64,000 nucleotides of DNA, from contig OZ218953.1 in NCBI GenBank assembly GCA_965112735.1, positions 496,001 through 560,000 of the forward strand, read 5' to 3'. Shown here in pieces: positions 59,738 through 64,000 of this stretch; the stretch's first letter is position 1, and the number at the start of each line of letters is the position of its first letter. A model generated the notes under the pieces. It did not search any database. It was not told the DNA's origin and saw only the letters and a list, made by a program, of their open reading frames with translations. This DNA comes from Phaeosaccion multiseriatum (taxonomy: Eukaryota > Protista > Ochrophyta, other classes). The translations under genes and the position numbers were made by a program.

Positions 59738-62537
59738 ATGTGGCGGTCATGCTGCCGCCCACGGCCCATCAGCAGCAGTCTGCACCAGTGCAGATCGTCG
59801 CCGAAGCCAGTCACAGCGATTGGGTCACAACCTCTCCATCCCGGTAGCAGAGACGGCGGTAGCAGATGGGAGACGTCGTCAAGTGGCGGCGGCCAAAGCA
59901 GCAGCACGGTAGGGCAGGTGCGCACTATGGTTTTCGGCGATTCCAGCTACTCCATGCCCCCGCCGCCAACGAAGAACAAGCGTCCGCACCCTCCGTGGCG
60001 AATGAAGAGACTGCTAGCCCTGGTGGAGGAGCCGACGTCGGAGGTGCGGTCGAGGCAGACGGAGACGATGATCAAGAGACTGGAGCTGCACCGCCCCGAT
60101 GTAAGTGCAGGGTCAGTGTCGGGGGCGGTGGAAGGCTCTCTCATCTCTCCGGTCGGGCTGCTGCTCTAGCTGCTGCTCTATGCTGGCTGCAACTAATCGC
60201 CTCCCTCGCCCCCCTCTCCCTCTCAGGATATGAACTCTCTCAACGAAACTGCGATGAAACAGCTCACGTACAAGCTCAATAGGTGAGCTATCCTCCTCCC
60301 AGCAGTATTTCCTCCCACTCCTTGTTGTTTCACCACTTTATCCTTCTCCCGTGTCTCCAAATGCCACCTTCACCCCCCCCTTCCCGCTCTTTCATGTGGT
60401 TTCGCCTCCTCTGCAAACTCAAAGATATCGAACCAACTTCATGGCCAAGGCAGTGGTGCTGGAGGGCGGGGAGAGCGCCTTCTGCAGCGGACTCGATATC
60501 ACCACCATGTACGGCAAGAGGGGGAGGGCTGCATACCAGCGGAGGCTCCTGGCCAGGCTCGCAGCGTCTCTGGTAAGAGAGAAAAGAAAGCACGGCCAGG
60601 GAGGATGAGGGGGCGAAGATCCGGTACAGTCCGGTGCCATGCGGTGTACTGCTGAGCCGTGGTAACCGCGGCCCAGGCGAACACATCGCTCAACATGAAC
60701 CACCTAACTCCTTCCCCTGCACCTCTGTGGGTAATACCCATGCCTGCAATGCGCCTCTTACCCTCGTCTTTCTCTGCCTACCCCAGGCCTATTTCCCCAA
60801 ACCCGTCATATCCTTGATGGATGGGTGCACCATCGGGGGCGGCTATGCCATGTGCCAGGGCCGCTACCAAGTGGCAACGGAAAAGTCCAGCTTCTTCGTA
60901 GTAGAGCCCTCCTTCGGGCTGGGCCTGGAAGGGGGCCTCAGCTACACGCTTGCCAACCTCCGAGGAGGGAGAGACTCTCTCAGGGAGAAGCAGGTGGGCC
61001 AATATATGGCTGTACCCGTACTTGTGTGCGTGCGTGCGTGCGTGCCTTACCGAGGCTTCCCTCCAAGAGTCCCAACCAGTGAAACACCTGCACACTTCCA
61101 CATCCTCCTCCTCCTCCTCCTCCCCCGCCCCCCACACCTTTCCCACTTCCGTCCATGCCGTCATCTCGTCCCACGCAGGTGAACCCCATCGGCACGTGCC
61201 TGGCCCTGACAGGCCTAACTCTCACGGGGGGAGACCTTGTGGTAGCAGGCCTCGCCAGCAACTTCTTTGCTGACTCAGAGCGCTTCAACATTTCCTTGCA
61301 GCTGGCCGGTGACGGCATCGCAGCGGGATCAAGGAGCGCACTTAGATACGCTCTAGAGGCCAAGAGCGACATGTCAGCCGACCTGGATGGACTGAAGGAT
61401 GATGTCCCCTATCTAGATCAAGACTGGATGAGCTCGGATGCGCCGTATTACATGGATCACGACGATGAGGAGGACATTTACGGGAATCCAGTGCCGCAGA
61501 TGCAGCTGGAGCGCATCGCTGGGGACGTGAGTAAGACCTTTGACGTGGATAGCGTGGAGATTGCGCTGGAGAAGCTCAAGGTGAGGATGGGTGTGTGGGG
61601 GAGGGTGGGTTGTGTGCAGGTGTAAGAGTGTGTTTTGAAGCGGAGTGAGGACACAGAGGAGCTGCGGGCGCGTGCCTTATCGCACGGAACCCTCTCTAAA
61701 GGGCGCCTGCTTGTTCCCTCTTCTCCGTGCACTCGCACTCGCCTCCTCACATTGTTGTCATGTCTAACGTCGGCCCTGCCCTCCCCCCACCCCCCTGGTC
61801 ATTCCTTCTCTCCTCGTGAGTAGACCCTGGAGGAGGACTGGGCCGTACAGGCGGTACGGCGCATGGAGAGTGCCTCACCGCTGGCGCTGAAGGTGGTGTT
61901 TGAGCAGCTACGTCGAGCCAAGAGTCTGAGCTTCACCGAGTGCCTGGAGATGGAGTACCGGGCCAACAACGCGTTGCAGGAGCCCAAAGACTTTGCAGAA
62001 ACCGTCGCTGGTATCATCGCGGCGAATGAGGGAGAGGGAAGTAGTAGCAATAGCAATAGCAGTAGTAGCAGTCGCGGCGAAGCGGCACAGGTGGGATGGG
62101 GGGGTAGGACGCTGCAGGACGTCAGCGATAGCGAGGTAGCGGACATTCTCGATGGCAAACCTGGCGACAGCAGCGTGGGCAGCGAGGGCTCTAGCAGCGA
62201 GGGTAGCAGCAGGAAGTTGCCGTCGCTCCTCTTTGCCAAAGAGGAGGAGGCCCGAGGGATTCAGCCCCATGCCGCTGGCCTGCGACGCATCATTCGGGAA
62301 TGCACCGTAGGGGAGGATGAGCCCTTTGATGAGGATGGGTGCGACGACGCGGGGGTGGTGTGGCAGTTTGACGAGGCGGATTACGATTACGATTCCGAGG
62401 ACCATTACGCGGGCGAGGACGGCATTACGGAGCGGGAGAGGGAGGAGGCGAGTGGGGCGAGGGGGGCGGGAGGTGTCCAGGGGACAGGGGAGCGCGGCCA
62501 AGGCTCTGGGAGGCGCGGCAACAACGGCAGGTCATAG
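59738..62537 (+). CDS. Mitochondrial 3-hydroxyisobutyryl-CoA hydrolase-like (crotonase fold) protein, possible mitoribosomal mS47; 6 exons
   Basis: Arg/Ser-rich presequence, then LHRPD|DMNSLN, AFCSGLDI, KPVISLMDGCTIGGG, VATEKSSFFVVEPSFGL, IGTCLALTG, ASPLALKV and LSFTECLEMEYR...DFAE. Confidence 0.85.
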
Positions 62538-62819
62538 CAAAGATGGTAGTGCTGTTATGCCATGCTCTGTTCTCCCGAACCGTTATCAGTACCCGTGGTG
62601 AGGACACCTACCATAAAAACTGTTTTGTTGTCTTTATTTGGCTCCTTCTCTCATCATCCAGGGGCTTGCCCTTGAACCAGCCCGCCCCTCCTTGCGGCAG
62701 ATGAAAGTGCACTCTCACGGTACTCTGCTGCTGCAGTGGCACGCCCCCCCCCCCCCCAAATACACCACACCTGGTGCGTAATAAAGGCGAAGGGGGTTGG
62801 GAAAGGGCCGTGGCCGGCC

Positions 62820-63790
62820 TCAGCCTCGTTCTGTCTCGCTAAACCCTTGGTGAAGAGAGAAGTTAGCAGCCTCCGTCGCCGTCTCCCGCCCCAACGAACA
62901 AGAGCTGCCTAAAGATCCCTGGCGAGCGGATGAAGAAGCGCTGATCCAGCCCCTTGGGTACAGCCATCTCGCCGGGCCCCTCCTCGGCACCCGCCCCGCC
63001 CTGTCCTGAAACGCCACCCCCCTGTCCTGAAACGACCTTTTTCTGTCCTGAAATGCCACTCCCCGGAGGCGGTGTGTCTGTCTGTACCTGTGCGTTCGGC
63101 CGCGCTGGCTGCTCCGAGCCTTGTCCCACGCTCAAATCTTCCCATACTGGACTCACAAAGCTCACGAGGCCGGCCCCAGTAGAATCTGACTGCTCGTCTA
63201 CCTGTCCTGCCTCTGCCTTGCCCTTGCCCTTGTCTCCTTCCTCCTTCTCGTCTGCGGCGGCCTCGGCAGCAGTGACGGAGAGGGTCGCCGGCCAGCTGAC
63301 CGTCTCGGAGCACTCGGGGACGGGGCCACAGGGGCCTGGGAGTGAAGAGAAGACACGGGCAAGGGGAGGGGAGTAGGGGGCTGGCTGAGGATAGGCGTGT
63401 GATGCAGGCTTGGCTTGGGATTGGTGACGAGTCTATACACTCTCTCAATCACCCTCCCCCCCCCCCTTCCTACAGACCCGAGCTCTCACCGTAGCGCTTC
63501 CGCTCGCCCACGGAAGCCACGTCCATGGTCCACCACCCCACCATGAGCGTTAGACGATGTGCCCCCGCGGAGAGCGTCTTCCTCTGCGCGCCGTCCTCCC
63601 CTTGCTCCTCCGTCGTTGTTGTTGCTGCTGTATCACCAACTGCTGGTGCTGCAGGGAGGGGGCAAGGAAGGACGCCGTGGAGCAAGTCTCCGGGAAAGAT
63701 CATAAAGGCCCCGTCCTCGGGGTGCGCCATCCTGCCGTCGCCAAGGGGGGCCGTGGGGAGAGACAGCATTGGGCCGAACCCCCCATAAGT
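62820..63790 (-). CDS. 3' exons of a 2OG-Fe(II) oxygenase-like protein; the gene continues beyond the window
   Basis: HPEDGAFMIFPGDLLHGVLP...RLTLMVGWW (distal His and Arg of the DSBH fold). Introns at ~63329-63488 and a (CAGT)n intron from ~63788; stop at 62820. Confidence 0.6.
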
Positions 63791-64000
63791 CAGTCAGTCC
63801 ATCCGTCAGTCAGTCAGTCAGTCAGTCCATCCGTCAGTCAGTCAGTCAGACAGTCAGTCAGTCAGTCACTCAGTCCATCCATCAGTGAGCCAACCGTCTG
63901 CCCATTCTCCTCACCAGAGCCCGCCCAAATTCCTTTCCTGTGTGCCGCTGCTCGCACTGTATGCGCTCACCATCTCTGTCAACATCTCTGCCAGAGCAAA

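Larger units (their letters stand above)
5021..63642. repeat. Dispersed 14-bp motif CAGTTGGTGATACA (span gives first and last copy)
   Basis: Exact copies at 5021(+), 18781(-), 19243(+), 22257(+), 25445(+), 38690(+), 47051(+) and 63629(-), plus about 10 near matches. Confidence 0.9.

Noticed and set aside
1-64000. tRNA, rRNA, telomeric arrays, hammerhead ribozymes, introner-type repeated introns
   Set aside because: None recognised by eye. Introns share only microsatellites and short motifs, not full-length similarity. Covariance-model searches would be needed to exclude RNAs.

Overview
This is eukaryotic, GC-rich, intron-dense nuclear DNA, most likely from a flagellated photosynthetic stramenopile (ochrophyte). 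The basis is a full IFT139/TTC21B gene plus a gene with a bipartite signal peptide + 'AQG-FAV' plastid presequence. Most ORF-track entries are artefacts of microsatellites and spliced genes. About 1-8.6 kb is a degraded zone: a 1.3-kb (CCT)n tract, an FNIP pseudogene, a Tim10 pseudo-exon, a TPR-like fragment and a 5'-truncated Ty1/copia element with a short 3' LTR. Next come an intronless polyQ Myb gene, a frameshifted FNIP-repeat gene with cassette-like variable units, a MITE, and a 14-kb C2/EF-hand/IQ gene. After that are a long hairpin, small mobile elements, two unknown genes, IFT139 (-), a DUF6816-like plastid gene (+), a flavin amine oxidase (-), an HIBCH/mS47-like gene (+) and the 3' part of a 2OG-Fe(II)-oxygenase-like gene (-). 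The strongest unexplained signal is a dispersed 14-mer, CAGTTGGTGATACA: 8 exact and about 10 near-exact copies on both strands, in introns, intergenic DNA and exons in different reading frames. A second dispersed motif, CCATCCACTGCCATCC (7 exact copies), behaves similarly. Many introns are also G/GT-rich at the 5' end and C/CA-rich at the 3' end. All family assignments come from motif recognition by eye; no searches were run, and exon coordinates are manual.
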